Source of the DNA: Eubacteriales bacterium | Lineage (GTDB): Bacteria > Bacillota > Clostridia > Oscillospirales > CAG-272 | Direction of reading: 5' to 3' | NCBI GenBank assembly: GCA_045633625.1 | Contig: JAZQYP010000065.1 | Coordinates: forward strand, 21,076-85,075 | Length of the DNA: 64,000 nucleotides | Part shown: piece by piece, positions 8,137 to 18,100 of the stretch | Numbering within the stretch: the first letter of the stretch is position 1 | Layout of the letters: each line of letters begins with the position of its first letter | Program-made: the position numbers and the translations under genes | Notes under the pieces: generated by a model | What the model was told of the DNA's origin: nothing | Database searches by the model: none | Seen by the model: the letters and a program-made list of their open reading frames with translations, nothing else

Positions 8137-10278
8137 TTATTTTGCGTCCTTGATGGAGAAGTCCATACGGCCCTTCTTGTCAAGACCGATGTACTTAACT
8201 CTTACGCTGTCGCCAACGTTAATGCCTGCATCCTCAACCTTGTTGATTCTGCGGTCGCAGATCTTCGAGATGTGGACCATAGCCTCCTTGCCGGGAGCAT
8301 ACTCAACGAAGCATCCAACGTCCTCGTTAGGCTTGTCCTTGCTTGCGAGTATCTTAACTACTGTTGCGGGGTAGATGCAACCAACCTCGGGCTCGAAGCA
8401 GATAGCGTCGATCATAGCCTTAGCCGCTGCTGCGCTCTCACCGTTAACTGCCGCGATGCAGATAACGCCGTCATCGTTGATGTCGACCTTAGCGCCCGAC
8501 TCTGCAACGATCTTCTGAATTACAGATCCACCCTTACCGATAACCTCACGGATCTTGTCGGGATCGATCTTGAAGCTTGTCATCTTAGGAGCGTACTTCG
8601 AAACCTCAGCTCTGGGTGCCTCGATAGCCTTGAGAATTACCTCGTCGATGATATAGTCACGTCCCTCGTGAGTCTGCGCGAGAGCCGCCTTGATGATCTC
8701 GGGAGTAAGTCCGTCAACTTTAAGGTCCATCTGGATGGATGTGATACCCTTGTGAGTACCTGCTACCTTGAAGTCCATATCTCCGTAGAAGTCCTCAAGT
8801 CCCTGAATATCAAGCATGATATCCCAGCTTCCGTCCTCAGCGGTGATAAGACCGCAAGAAATACCTGCAACGGGAGCCTTTATCGGAACACCTGCGTCCA
8901 TAAGAGCAAGGGTAGATCCGCAAACGGAGCCCTGAGACGTCGAACCGTTAGAGGAAACTACGTCGGAAACGAGTCTGATTGCATAGGGGAACTCCTCGGG
9001 AGAGGGAAGTACGGGAATGAGCGAACGCTCTGCAAGTGCACCGTGACCGATCTCACGACGACCGGGGCTTCTTGTAGACTTAGCCTCACCGGTCGAGAAG
9101 CCGGGCATATTGTAGTGGTGCATATATCTCTTCTCGGTCTCGTTGTCGATACCGTCGAGCATCTGTGCCTCGGAGAGCATACCGAGAGTTGCAACTGTGA
9201 GGACCTGTGTCTGACCTCTTGTAAAGAGGCCCGAACCGTGAGTTCTGGGAAGAACGCCAACCTCAGAGCCAAGAGCTCTTATCTGGTTCATAGCACGTCC
9301 GTCAACACGCTTCTTGTCAACAAGGAGCCAACGGCGAACGATCTTCTTCTGGATCTTGTAGATGAGCTCCTCCATAATGGAAGCGATCTCGGGATACTCC
9401 TCCGAGAAGTGCTCGATGATTGCGTCCTTGATGGGCTCAACTCTCTCGTCACGGATGTTCTTGTCATCTGTGTCAAGTGCCTTCATCATATCAGCCTCGC
9501 AGAATGCGAAAACTGCGTCAAACATATCGTGATCGAGCTCGCAAGAGGGGTAATCGAACTTGGGCTTGCCGATCTCGTCGATTATAGCGTTAATGAAGCC
9601 GAGAAGGTCCTTGATCTCCTCGTGAGCCTTCATAATAGCCTCGTACATTGTGTCGTCGTCAACCTCGTTAGCGCCTGCCTCGATCATAACGACCTTCTCC
9701 ATAGAAGCCGCAACTGTGAGCTGAAGATCGCTCTTCTTCTGCTCCTCAGCGTTGGGGTTTACTACGAGCTTGCCGTCAACAAGACCCATAAATACGCCAC
9801 CGATAGGTCCGTTCCACGGAATATCGGAGATTGCGAGGGCGCACGATGCACCGATCATAGCGGTGATCTCGGGCGAGCAGTCGGGATCAACGGACATAAC
9901 TGTAAGCGTAAGAGCTACGTCGTTACGAAGATCCTTGGGGAAGAGGGGACGGATAGGTCTGTCGATAACTCTCGAGGTAAGAACAGCCTTCTCAGAGGGC
10001 TTGCCCTCACGCTTGAGGTAACCGCCGGGGATCTTACCTGCCGCATACATTCTCTCGTCGTAGTCAACGGAGAGGGGAAGGAAGTCGATACCGTCACGGG
10101 GCTTTGCGGATGCCGTAGCACAGCAAAGGATTACCGTGTCGCCGTAGCGAACGAGAACCGAGCCGTTTGCAAGACCTGCAACCTTGCCACTTTCGATAAC
10201 AAGGGGACGGCCTGCGAAGGTGTAATTGAACACCTTGTAGTTTTTGAAATTCATCTTTTCACTTTTGGTGATTGCCAT
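8137..10278 (-). CDS. pnp: polyribonucleotide nucleotidyltransferase (PNPase)
   Basis: Two RNase PH domains plus KH and S1 domains. The track start at 10326 is trimmed to the ATG at 10278 with a GGAGG RBS (MAITKSEK...). Confidence 0.97.
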   Translation of the reverse strand: MAITKSEKMNFKNYKVFNYTFAGRPLVIESGKVAGLANGSVLVRYGDTVILCCATASAKPRDGIDFLPLSVDYDERMYAAGKIPGGYLKREGKPSEKAVLTSRVIDRPIRPLFPKDLRNDVALTLTVMSVDPDCSPEITAMIGASCALAISDIPWNGPIGGVFMGLVDGKLVVNPNAEEQKKSDLQLTVAASMEKVVMIEAGANEVDDDTMYEAIMKAHEEIKDLLGFINAIIDEIGKPKFDYPSCELDHDMFDAVFAFCEADMMKALDTDDKNIRDERVEPIKDAIIEHFSEEYPEIASIMEELIYKIQKKIVRRWLLVDKKRVDGRAMNQIRALGSEVGVLPRTHGSGLFTRGQTQVLTVATLGMLSEAQMLDGIDNETEKRYMHHYNMPGFSTGEAKSTRSPGRREIGHGALAERSLIPVLPSPEEFPYAIRLVSDVVSSNGSTSQGSVCGSTLALMDAGVPIKAPVAGISCGLITAEDGSWDIMLDIQGLEDFYGDMDFKVAGTHKGITSIQMDLKVDGLTPEIIKAALAQTHEGRDYIIDEVILKAIEAPRAEVSKYAPKMTSFKIDPDKIREVIGKGGSVIQKIVAESGAKVDINDDGVICIAAVNGESAAAAKAMIDAICFEPEVGCIYPATVVKILASKDKPNEDVGCFVEYAPGKEAMVHISKICDRRINKVEDAGINVGDSVRVKYIGLDKKGRMDFSIKDAK

Positions 10279-10399
10279 TTTAATTCCTCCGTAAATTTTT
10301 ATTTTCGTTTCACGAAGGTTTAGCACTTAATTACAGCCCTCAGCGTAAGGGTCATAATTAACTGCTAATCCGTTCGTGAAGAGAACACTTGTTGGTTTA

Positions 10400-10445
10400 C
10401 AAAAATATGGAGTGAGGAGTAAGCATAAACTCAACTCTTCACTCC
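10400..10445 (-). terminator. rpsO terminator / rpsO-pnp attenuator hairpin
   Basis: Minus strand: GGAGTGAAGAGT-13 nt-ACTCCTCACTCC, followed by ATATTTTT. It lies between the rpsO stop and the pnp start. Confidence 0.6.
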
Positions 10446-10463
10446 ATCGTTTTGTATCAGAAA

Positions 10464-10730
10464 TTACTTTCTGATGCCGAGTCTTGCGATGATCGCACGG
10501 TAACGCTCGATATCTGTCTTCTGGAGGTAGTTAAGAAGGTTTCTTCTGTGACCTACCATCTTAAGAAGACCGCGGCGGCTGTGGTGATCCTTGTGGTTAG
10601 CCTTGAGGTGCTCGTTGAGCGTGTTGATTCTGTGTGTGAGAATCGCGATCTGTACCTCGGGCGAGCCTGTGTCACCTTCGTGAGTAGCATACTCAGCAAT
10701 GATTGCCTGCTTTTCGTCCTTAAGCATCAT
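10464..10730 (-). CDS. rpsO: 30S ribosomal protein S15
   Basis: [29 protein letters not shown] signature. The track GTG at 10742 is trimmed to the ATG at 10730 (AGGTG 9 nt upstream). Confidence 0.95.
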   Translation of the reverse strand: MMLKDEKQAIIAEYATHEGDTGSPEVQIAILTHRINTLNEHLKANHKDHHSRRGLLKMVGHRRNLLNYLQKTDIERYRAIIARLGIRK

Positions 10731-10840
10731 AATTTTTTTCACCTTTCTAAAAAATATTTATCAAAAAACTCAGCGATCGGCGGGTGAAATGTCGACTTGC
10801 GACCTTTGTCCGAAGACCGAGTTATCGATACGCAACGGGT

Positions 10841-10869
10841 ATTATACCATATATAATCATATTTGTAAA
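10841..10869 (-). promoter_or_regulatory. sigma-A type promoter for rpsO
   Basis: Minus strand: TTTACA (10869..10864), a 17-nt spacer, then TGgTATAAT (10849..10841). It leaves a ~100-nt 5' UTR. Confidence 0.5.
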
Positions 10870-10901
10870 GAGTTTTCATAAAATTTTTTACAAAAAAATC
10901 T

Positions 10902-11288
10902 CTATTTATCCGCTGTATGAGGTCTTTTTAGGAATCGTACGCATTTTTTCAGTGAGAAAAGACCCGCGACGGTAAGCATAGCACCAAATATCTTTCGCAG
11001 TATACTCTCGTCGATAACCCCCGAGAGATATGAGCCGATAAGCGCGCCCGCGACACCGCTTATTATCATAATTCCAAGTGCAAAGGTGAATATTTTTCTG
11101 CGGAGTAGGTGAACGGGCAAGGAAGCGCCCGCCGAGAAGAGAAAAAAGAGAAGATTTACTCCCTGTGCCTCAAGCTGAGGAGTGCCTTCAAAGAGTGTCA
11201 GATAAACCAAAAACAGACCGCCGCCCCCAACTCCGAGCCCCGAAAGAAGAGAGATGATAAATGCGGCCATCACCGAAAGCAGTACCAT
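10902..11288 (-). CDS. TauE/SafE (TSUP) family transporter, half-size C-terminal-type unit
   Basis: 128 aa, four hydrophobic segments, G-rich motif LSGLGVGGGGLF. Its start lies 1 nt after the stop of the upstream half. Confidence 0.75.
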   Translation of the reverse strand: MVLLSVMAAFIISLLSGLGVGGGGLFLVYLTLFEGTPQLEAQGVNLLFFLFSAGASLPVHLLRRKIFTFALGIMIISGVAGALIGSYLSGVIDESILRKIFGAMLTVAGLFSLKKCVRFLKRPHTADK

Positions 11289-11289
11289 A

Positions 11290-11685
11290 TTACTTCACCA
11301 TAAGAGAAATTCCCGAATAGACCATTATTCCCGAAAAAAGCGTGCGCAGAAGGGTGACGTTTATCTTGCCAAGCACAAAACCGCCTACAACGCCGCCTGC
11401 TATCGCGGGGATAAGGTAAACTCCAAAGCCGTCGAGTGATATATCTCCGCGCAAAAGGTAGCTGACAGTCGATATCACGCTCAGGGGAAGCATAACGCAT
11501 AGCGCGCTCGCAAAAACGTCTCTTGAGTCTGCCTCTGTGTCCTTGAGGAGCTTCGTCAGAACGAAAACGGCGACAATCCCACCGCCCGCCCCGAGAAGTC
11601 CGTTGGCAATGCCCGCAAGGAAGCCGCCGCCAATCAGAAGTAATAATTTTTTGCCCGAGTCCTTCATAAAAAATCTCTCTCCCAT
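11290..11685 (-). CDS. TauE/SafE (TSUP) family transporter, half-size N-terminal-type unit
   Basis: 131 aa, four hydrophobic segments, G-rich motif GLLGAGGGIV. An alternative start is the ATG at 11667. Confidence 0.75.
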   Translation of the reverse strand: MGERFFMKDSGKKLLLLIGGGFLAGIANGLLGAGGGIVAVFVLTKLLKDTEADSRDVFASALCVMLPLSVISTVSYLLRGDISLDGFGVYLIPAIAGGVVGGFVLGKINVTLLRTLFSGIMVYSGISLMVK

Positions 11686-11808
11686 ATAAAAAAATCTTGA
11701 AATTGCGGAAAAATTATGTTATACTAATTCTATAGTATATTATTGCCGATTACGGAAGAAAAGATACCACTATCATTTCCTTCTTTTTGGCATGACACGG
11801 AGGTCCTG

Positions 11809-14607
11809 ATGGCTAAAAACAAAGAAGAAGCTAAAAGTGTTAAAAAATACAAAGTGAAAAGAGAAGAGCCTCAGCGTGAGGAAAAAGTAAATAAACCAAA
11901 AAACGAAAAAAGTATGCCGAAAATTACAATTTTCGCAAAGATAGTTCCATATGCGTTAATGACGCTTGCCGTGATCCTCGCACTGTTCTTTATTATCGCA
12001 AGAGCCTTTAATTACGAGGAAGGCGTCGGTGTTGTCGGCGGTGCGTTGCAGGACTGGCTGTGCGGAATATTCGGCTTTGCGGCATTCTTATTGCCTGTGA
12101 TGATTTTTCATATTGGTCTTCGATGGTGCTTGTTTAATATCAAGTGCTCAAAGCTGTGCGAAAAAAACGAAAATGACGTAGATGAAGCTATAGGCGCGCG
12201 TCGCTTCGCGAGAATTCAAACGGTGACGTCCGTTCTCTTTGTTTTCTTCGTTTCGACGATAGTTGCCGTCATTAGTGACGGACACGAAAGCTTCGTTATT
12301 GCCGATATGTGGAATAACGCCGTCAATAATCTTGTGGGCGGCGGAGTTGCGGGAGGCATCATAGGATACGCCTTCAGCGCGGGTATTGGTGATATCCCGT
12401 CGATAATCTGCCTTGCGGTCCTTCTTGCCGTATCGGTGATTTTTATGATAGGACTGACACCCGACAGAATAGTCGATATGATACAAACGAAGCGCATAGA
12501 GAAAAAGGAAAGACGCGCCGCGGAGGCGGCAGAGCAGCTTCGTCTTGCCGCTGAGGCAGAGGCAGAGGCGCGCAAGCACAAAAACAGAATGGCTATGGCG
12601 CAAAAAAAGGAGCCTGAGGAGAGTGTGGTGAGCACAAAGATCGAGAAAAACGAGCCTCAGGACGAAGAGTATAGCGAGCCTGTGCTCCAGCCGATAAACT
12701 TCGATTCAGTCTATGCCGCGCCCTCAAATAAGCAAGAGGACGTTTACATAAGCATCGATGGCAAGGTGGTCTCTCTTGCCGAGGAAGAGTCCCCCGACGA
12801 GAAGGTGGGCGAGGACTTCGGTGGCGATCCTGTGTTTGATGCCGCTGAATTCAAGGGAATACAAAGCGTTCTCGACGGACTTGGCGTTGTAAAGCCCGAG
12901 GTTAAGCAGCCTGAGCCTGCGATCGTTGAGGAGTCCGACGACGTCGATATGCCCGATGAGGAGCTCGACGAGATCGACGAGCTTCGCGGCACGAACGAGC
13001 CCGAGCACATAAACCTCGGTCACCTGAAGAATGAAGAGCTTATAAATGAGTTTGCGGCGGTCGCTGCAGAGGAGGGAGCACAGGAGGTTGAGATAGTCAC
13101 GCCTTACGTCTTCCCGCCCATAGATATGCTTACAAAGAACCCGAACGCCGCCGAGGAGGACTACTCCGAGGAGCTTCAGGAGAATGCGCAGATACTTATG
13201 GAAACGCTCAAGAGCTTCAAGGTCTCCATCAGAGATATTTCCTACTCAAGAGGACCTACGATCACAAGATACGAGCTTCGTCCCGAGGCGGGAACGCGTG
13301 TTCGAGCGATAGCAAATCTTGTTGACGATATAGCTCTTAACCTTGCAACTACAGGTGTTCGTATAGAAGCGCCTATTCCCAACAAGCCCGCAGTGGGCAT
13401 AGAGGTCCCCAACAGAACGAGAGCTACCGTTTATTTGCGTGACCTTATCGAGAGCCCCAAATTCCTTGAGGCAAAGAGCCGTCTTACCGCTTGTCTTGGT
13501 ATGGACGTTGGCGGAAACCCGATAATTTTTGACGTTTCAAAGATGCCCCATCTGCTTATTGCGGGTGCTACGGGTATGGGTAAGTCGGTCTGCATCAATA
13601 CGATCATCGTAAGTATGCTCTATAAGGCAAAGCCCGACGAGCTCAAGCTTATCCTCATTGACCCCAAAAAGGTCGAGTTTACAATGTATAAGCACATTCC
13701 GCACCTCTACGCACCGATAGTCAGCGATCCTAAAAAGGCGGCGGGCGCACTTGCGTCGGCAGTTGCCGAAATGGAGCGCAGATTCGAGATGATCGAGGAC
13801 GTTGGAGTGCGTGATATTGCGGGCTATAATGCGGTTACCGAGAACGATCCCGAGAGAGAATTTATGCCGCAGATGGTAATAATCATCGACGAGCTTGCCG
13901 ATCTTATGATGACGGCACCCGACGAGGTCGAGTCCTCTATCTGCCGTCTTGCACAGAAGGCAAGAGCCGCGGGAATCCACATCATAATCGGTACGCAGAG
14001 ACCGTCCGTTGACGTAATTACGGGACTTCTCAAGGCAAATATACCCTCAAGAATAGCTTGTACCGTGGCGTCGCAGGTCGACTCGAGAACCATTCTTGAC
14101 ATTGCGGGAGCAGAGAAGCTCATAGGACGCGGAGATATGCTCTTTGCGCCCGTTGGAGCGTCAAAGCCGATGCGTGTTCAGGGTGCTTTTGTCAGTGAGT
14201 CGGAGGTCGAGCAGATCGTAACCTTTATACGCGATAACAACGCGGCAGGAAAGTTCAATGCAGAGTTCATCCATATGATAGACGAGAAGGCGGCAAGCGT
14301 TGGAATGGGCAAGAAGGGCGCACAGGGCGGCGCTATGGAGCCTATGGCTGACGCGGGCGACGGAGGAGACTCCAAGTTTGATCAGGCGGTCATTCTCGCA
14401 ATCGAGGAGGGCAAGATATCCACCTCTCTTATGCAGCGCAGACTCGGCGTTGGATACGGCAGAGCCGCAAAGATCATCGACGAGATGGAGGAGCGCGGAT
14501 ACGTCTCAAAGCCCGACGGCAACAAGCCGAGAAGGGTGCTTATTTCGATGGAGGAATATCAGCGCAGAAAAATGGAGAACGACGTCTACGACGAGGACGA
14601 AGAATAA
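11809..14607 (+). CDS. ftsK: DNA translocase FtsK/SpoIIIE
   Basis: The track TTG start at 11743 is trimmed to the ATG at 11809 with a GGAGG RBS. It has N-terminal TM helices, an acidic linker, Walker A GATGMGKS, Walker B IIIDELADL, and the gamma winged helix LMQRRLGVGYGRAAKIIDEME. Confidence 0.95.
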   Translation: MAKNKEEAKSVKKYKVKREEPQREEKVNKPKNEKSMPKITIFAKIVPYALMTLAVILALFFIIARAFNYEEGVGVVGGALQDWLCGIFGFAAFLLPVMIFHIGLRWCLFNIKCSKLCEKNENDVDEAIGARRFARIQTVTSVLFVFFVSTIVAVISDGHESFVIADMWNNAVNNLVGGGVAGGIIGYAFSAGIGDIPSIICLAVLLAVSVIFMIGLTPDRIVDMIQTKRIEKKERRAAEAAEQLRLAAEAEAEARKHKNRMAMAQKKEPEESVVSTKIEKNEPQDEEYSEPVLQPINFDSVYAAPSNKQEDVYISIDGKVVSLAEEESPDEKVGEDFGGDPVFDAAEFKGIQSVLDGLGVVKPEVKQPEPAIVEESDDVDMPDEELDEIDELRGTNEPEHINLGHLKNEELINEFAAVAAEEGAQEVEIVTPYVFPPIDMLTKNPNAAEEDYSEELQENAQILMETLKSFKVSIRDISYSRGPTITRYELRPEAGTRVRAIANLVDDIALNLATTGVRIEAPIPNKPAVGIEVPNRTRATVYLRDLIESPKFLEAKSRLTACLGMDVGGNPIIFDVSKMPHLLIAGATGMGKSVCINTIIVSMLYKAKPDELKLILIDPKKVEFTMYKHIPHLYAPIVSDPKKAAGALASAVAEMERRFEMIEDVGVRDIAGYNAVTENDPEREFMPQMVIIIDELADLMMTAPDEVESSICRLAQKARAAGIHIIIGTQRPSVDVITGLLKANIPSRIACTVASQVDSRTILDIAGAEKLIGRGDMLFAPVGASKPMRVQGAFVSESEVEQIVTFIRDNNAAGKFNAEFIHMIDEKAASVGMGKKGAQGGAMEPMADAGDGGDSKFDQAVILAIEEGKISTSLMQRRLGVGYGRAAKIIDEMEERGYVSKPDGNKPRRVLISMEEYQRRKMENDVYDEDEE

Positions 14608-14612
14608 AACCG

Positions 14613-14644
14613 GGCAGGCGGGTATCCGCCTGCCTTTCTTTTTT
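14613..14644 (+). terminator. rho-independent terminator after ftsK
   Basis: GGCAGGCGG-gtat-CCGCCTGCC followed by TTTCTTTTTT. Confidence 0.8.
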
Positions 14645-14713
14645 GCCTTGATATTCGCAAACAAATTGGGATTTATCGGTGTGTTGCATAGGCGGATAAA
14701 TGTTATTATTGTC

Positions 14714-14848
14714 CGTAGGGGAGGGGTCTGCCCTCCCGCCACAATCGATTTAGAAAAACAATCGAATAGCAATATAATTCAAGGTTTTTCCGTCTAACAA
14801 AGCAATCATTATTTGTTCGTTTTCGGGAGGGCAGACCCCTCCCCTACG
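14714..14848. repeat. palindromic intergenic element (REP/MITE-like), second type
   Basis: CGTAGGGGAGGGGTCTGCCCTCCCG (14714..14738) and its exact 25-nt reverse complement (14824..14848) are separated by 85 nt. Each arm contains its own GGGAGGG-gtctg-CCCTCCC hairpin. Confidence 0.7.
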
Positions 14849-15048
14849 ATCAAAAATAATGTTCTACTCCTTACATAACCCACCGACAAATCAAAATTTG
14901 AAATTAATGTTTTGGGCGGCGTAAAAATTCTCGGAGCGCGGGCGTATCTTTGCCCAAAATGAGCAGAATTTTTCTTTCATTATATATAATTGTGCAAAAC
15001 TCACAAAAACAACATGGAAAATTTGGCATATTTTCGAGTCGAAATAAC

Positions 15049-15077
15049 TTGCATTTTTATATAATGTATGGTACAAT
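15049..15077 (+). promoter_or_regulatory. promoter of array gene 1
   Basis: TTGCAT (15049..15054), a 17-nt spacer, then TGgTACAAT (15069..15077). Confidence 0.45.
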
Positions 15078-15132
15078 TACTTCGTACTATAGGCATAACT
15101 ATGCCAACAAATAAAAAAGTGAGGTTTTACTT

Positions 15133-18100
15133 ATGAAAAAACTAATTTCAATTGTATTAGTTGCTATGATGCTCCTCAGTGTGCTTCCTCTTGCAACTTT
15201 TGCAGACGAGTACTATGCCGGCGCGGCAGCAACAACTGCTCCTACGGCAGACGGTACGATTACAGCAGGAGAATATTTGTATTCAACGAATGTTCTTTCA
15301 AACGTTACGGAGAAGGGTGATCAGGGCAACGGTTGGATTGCATACACTCATAATCCCGGATCTGACTACTACTTCCGCGAGGGTCATTCTGCACAGATCT
15401 TCGTTGGATACGATGCAGATTACATTTACGTTGCTCTTAAGGTTGTGGATGCTCTTGATCATCCGCAGATGGTCATTGATATTAATGCAGACCCTACCTC
15501 CAAGGAGACCTTATATGTGCTTTACAGTGCTCGTAGCAATGCGGAGCATGCAAAGACAGCAAAGCGTGTTACAGACACACAGGTAAGCACAGATCTCGCT
15601 TGGGATGACGTTATTGCAGCATCCGGTGCATCTACAGCAGCAAACGGAGCTATGTATGACGGAGTTCTTGAACTTAAGATCAAGCGCTCTGCTATAAGCG
15701 ATACAGCTTTCGATACCATCGGACTTAGAGTTGGTGTTTGCACAGGTGGTAGCGGATTTTACGGTGAGGCTTATTGGGGAGATGATCCTACAACCTCCAC
15801 GATTCCCTACAAGGTAAGCGGCGGTTGGTGGCTTGAGCAGGCTGGTATGCATACTCTCAAGCTTTCCGAGGAGTCCGGTGCTCCCGCTCCCGCTCCTGTA
15901 TCTCCTACTGTTGACGGTGTTATCACAGCAGGTGAGTATGATGTAACTCGCACAGCTGATATCGCAGAGGATACTGCTGACTATGATTGGGTTGCTGATG
16001 ACACTATATGTGCTGTTGATGCCCCCTACTCGTATGGTGCTAGAAAGATAAGCTACCATTACTCTGTTTACGGCGATTATCTTTACGTCGCTGCAGTTCT
16101 TGAGACAACAGGCACATCCATGCTTGCTCGATTTGGCATTTCTGCTGATGAGTCGGCACTTGCCTATTCAGGAGCAAAAATGAACCAGATCAATCCCAAT
16201 GGTAGTACCTCCAAGGGTGCAGACACCACTTGGGAGTATGAAGAGGCAGCTGCAACAACTACAGCAGAGGGTGGTATTAATACATACGTATACGAGGGTA
16301 AGGTAGCACTTGCTGACCTTGGTACCGATTTGACAACCGTGTACGTAAAGGCTAGAGTTTACACTTCCGGTGATGGTTGCATTAACTATAACGACGTTAT
16401 CGTTGTTAACGAACCCGAATCTGATACAGAGTCCGATACTGAGACCGAGCCTGCTCCTACATATGATCCCTACGATCTTGGTGAGTACGGTCAGATAACT
16501 AACTACCTTGGCACAGCTTCCACTCCCACAGTTGACGGTAGCGTAGCTGACGGTGAGTACGGATGGTCTGCTTCTACTACCATTACGGATAACGTTGCAG
16601 CAGGCAGTGGCTTCCTTGTAAATGAATACGGTGCTGATAGTGTAACAGGCGTTGATCTCTACGCAGCATATGATGCTAATTATATTTATCTCACAGCTAT
16701 CATTTCCGATGCTGAGCCTGTAGGAAACGATTTCTGCTATTTTGACGTTGCGGTTGGCAATAGCATGAAGACTAACAACCTTGATATTTATATGCCTAAA
16801 TACGGCATTGGAGCACTTAAGGGCAATACCGAGGTATGGCTCAATGGTGCTCGCGCAGACGAGTACGTTGCAAGTGCAGTAGGCTCTGAGGCAAACGGAA
16901 AGCTTTGCTATGAGATAGCTCTCGATAGAGCTAAGCTTGAGACTCTTGCAGGTGAAAGCTTTGATAAGTTCTTCTTCAGCTTCCAGTACTATCTTTTTGC
17001 AAAGACAGAGCGTGGAATTTTCTACGGCTTTGAGGCAAGTGAGCTTGCCGGTGTTGTTGAAACAGCAACAAAGTACCCTGTATACTCTCACGTAATGGTT
17101 CTCGGTGAGGAGTCCGGCTCCGATACCGAGGCTCCCGCAGGTGAGCCCATTGACCTCACACAGTACGGTCAGCACGTGATCGATCTTACCGAGAAGAATA
17201 CTCCCACAGTTGACGGTACTATCGATAGCGACGAGTACAAGTACAGTGAAGGCGTTGCTACTTCAACAACAATTTGGGGTTCTGACGATATACAGGCTAC
17301 AACCTACTACTTCTCTTATGATGAAGAAAATCTCTACATTGCTGCTTACGTTAAAGACGGTGCTGAGCACAAAGAATGGCAAACAGGTCTCTTCATTACC
17401 GTTGGCGGAGATCCTACAGATATAGATGACGCATGGCGTATCTTCTTGACAAAGGCACAAGGCTCTGCAATCGAGCATTGGGAGATCGTTGACGGAGTTT
17501 GGGGTAGCAACCTCTTTAATAGTACTGACAAGGGTTATAAGTTCAGACAGAGCAACGTCGGTAGCGAGTACGTTTACGAGATAGCTCTCAATCGTGAGGA
17601 TTGGGGACTTACAGGTGATAGAGTATTCTTCACTGCCGCTGTTAACTCCGCTGCAGGATCTGACTTCTACGGCTTCGCTAATGCCGAGCTTGCAGGCGTT
17701 TATACACACCTCCAGAAGATCACAAACTTTGGCACAGATTACTACGTTTACCCGCACATGATCAAGTTCAGTGCAGTTGAGCCCGAGCCCGAGCCTCCTG
17801 TAGATATTCCTGATGCTGTTCCTGCTGATGGTCTTATCTCGGAAAACGAGTATGGTTGGACATCCGGATCCTACGACAGAAATACCGAGGTGCCCGGCGA
17901 GTTCTACGTCATTACACCTCATTCTGATACTGTAAATCATCACGCTCAGTGGTGGCTTGACTATGATGCACATTACCTCTACGTAGCATACAAGGAGAGA
18001 TCTGGATACAACACGACTGCACGTATCGACCTTAGTCCTAATGCAAATGCTGACGGCAAGGTTTCTATCGAATTCTCCTTTGATAGAGTTACTGCCAACG

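Noticed and set aside
8272-10323. A 683-aa ORF on the plus strand with no stops for over 2 kb.
   Set aside because: It is exactly antisense to the unambiguous pnp gene. Its translation is low-complexity (Leu/Val/Cys/Ser-rich) with no motif and no RBS. It is a codon-bias shadow ORF.
14300-14797. A 165-aa plus-strand ORF overlapping the ftsK 3' end and running into the intergenic repeat.
   Set aside because: It is out of frame with the well-supported ftsK gamma domain. It crosses the ftsK terminator and the palindromic element. It has Arg/Ser-rich, non-protein-like composition.
14891-15076. A 61-aa minus-strand ORF upstream of array gene 1.
   Set aside because: It lies in AT-rich promoter DNA and overlaps the predicted -35/-10 of array gene 1. 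It has no RBS and no protein-like features.
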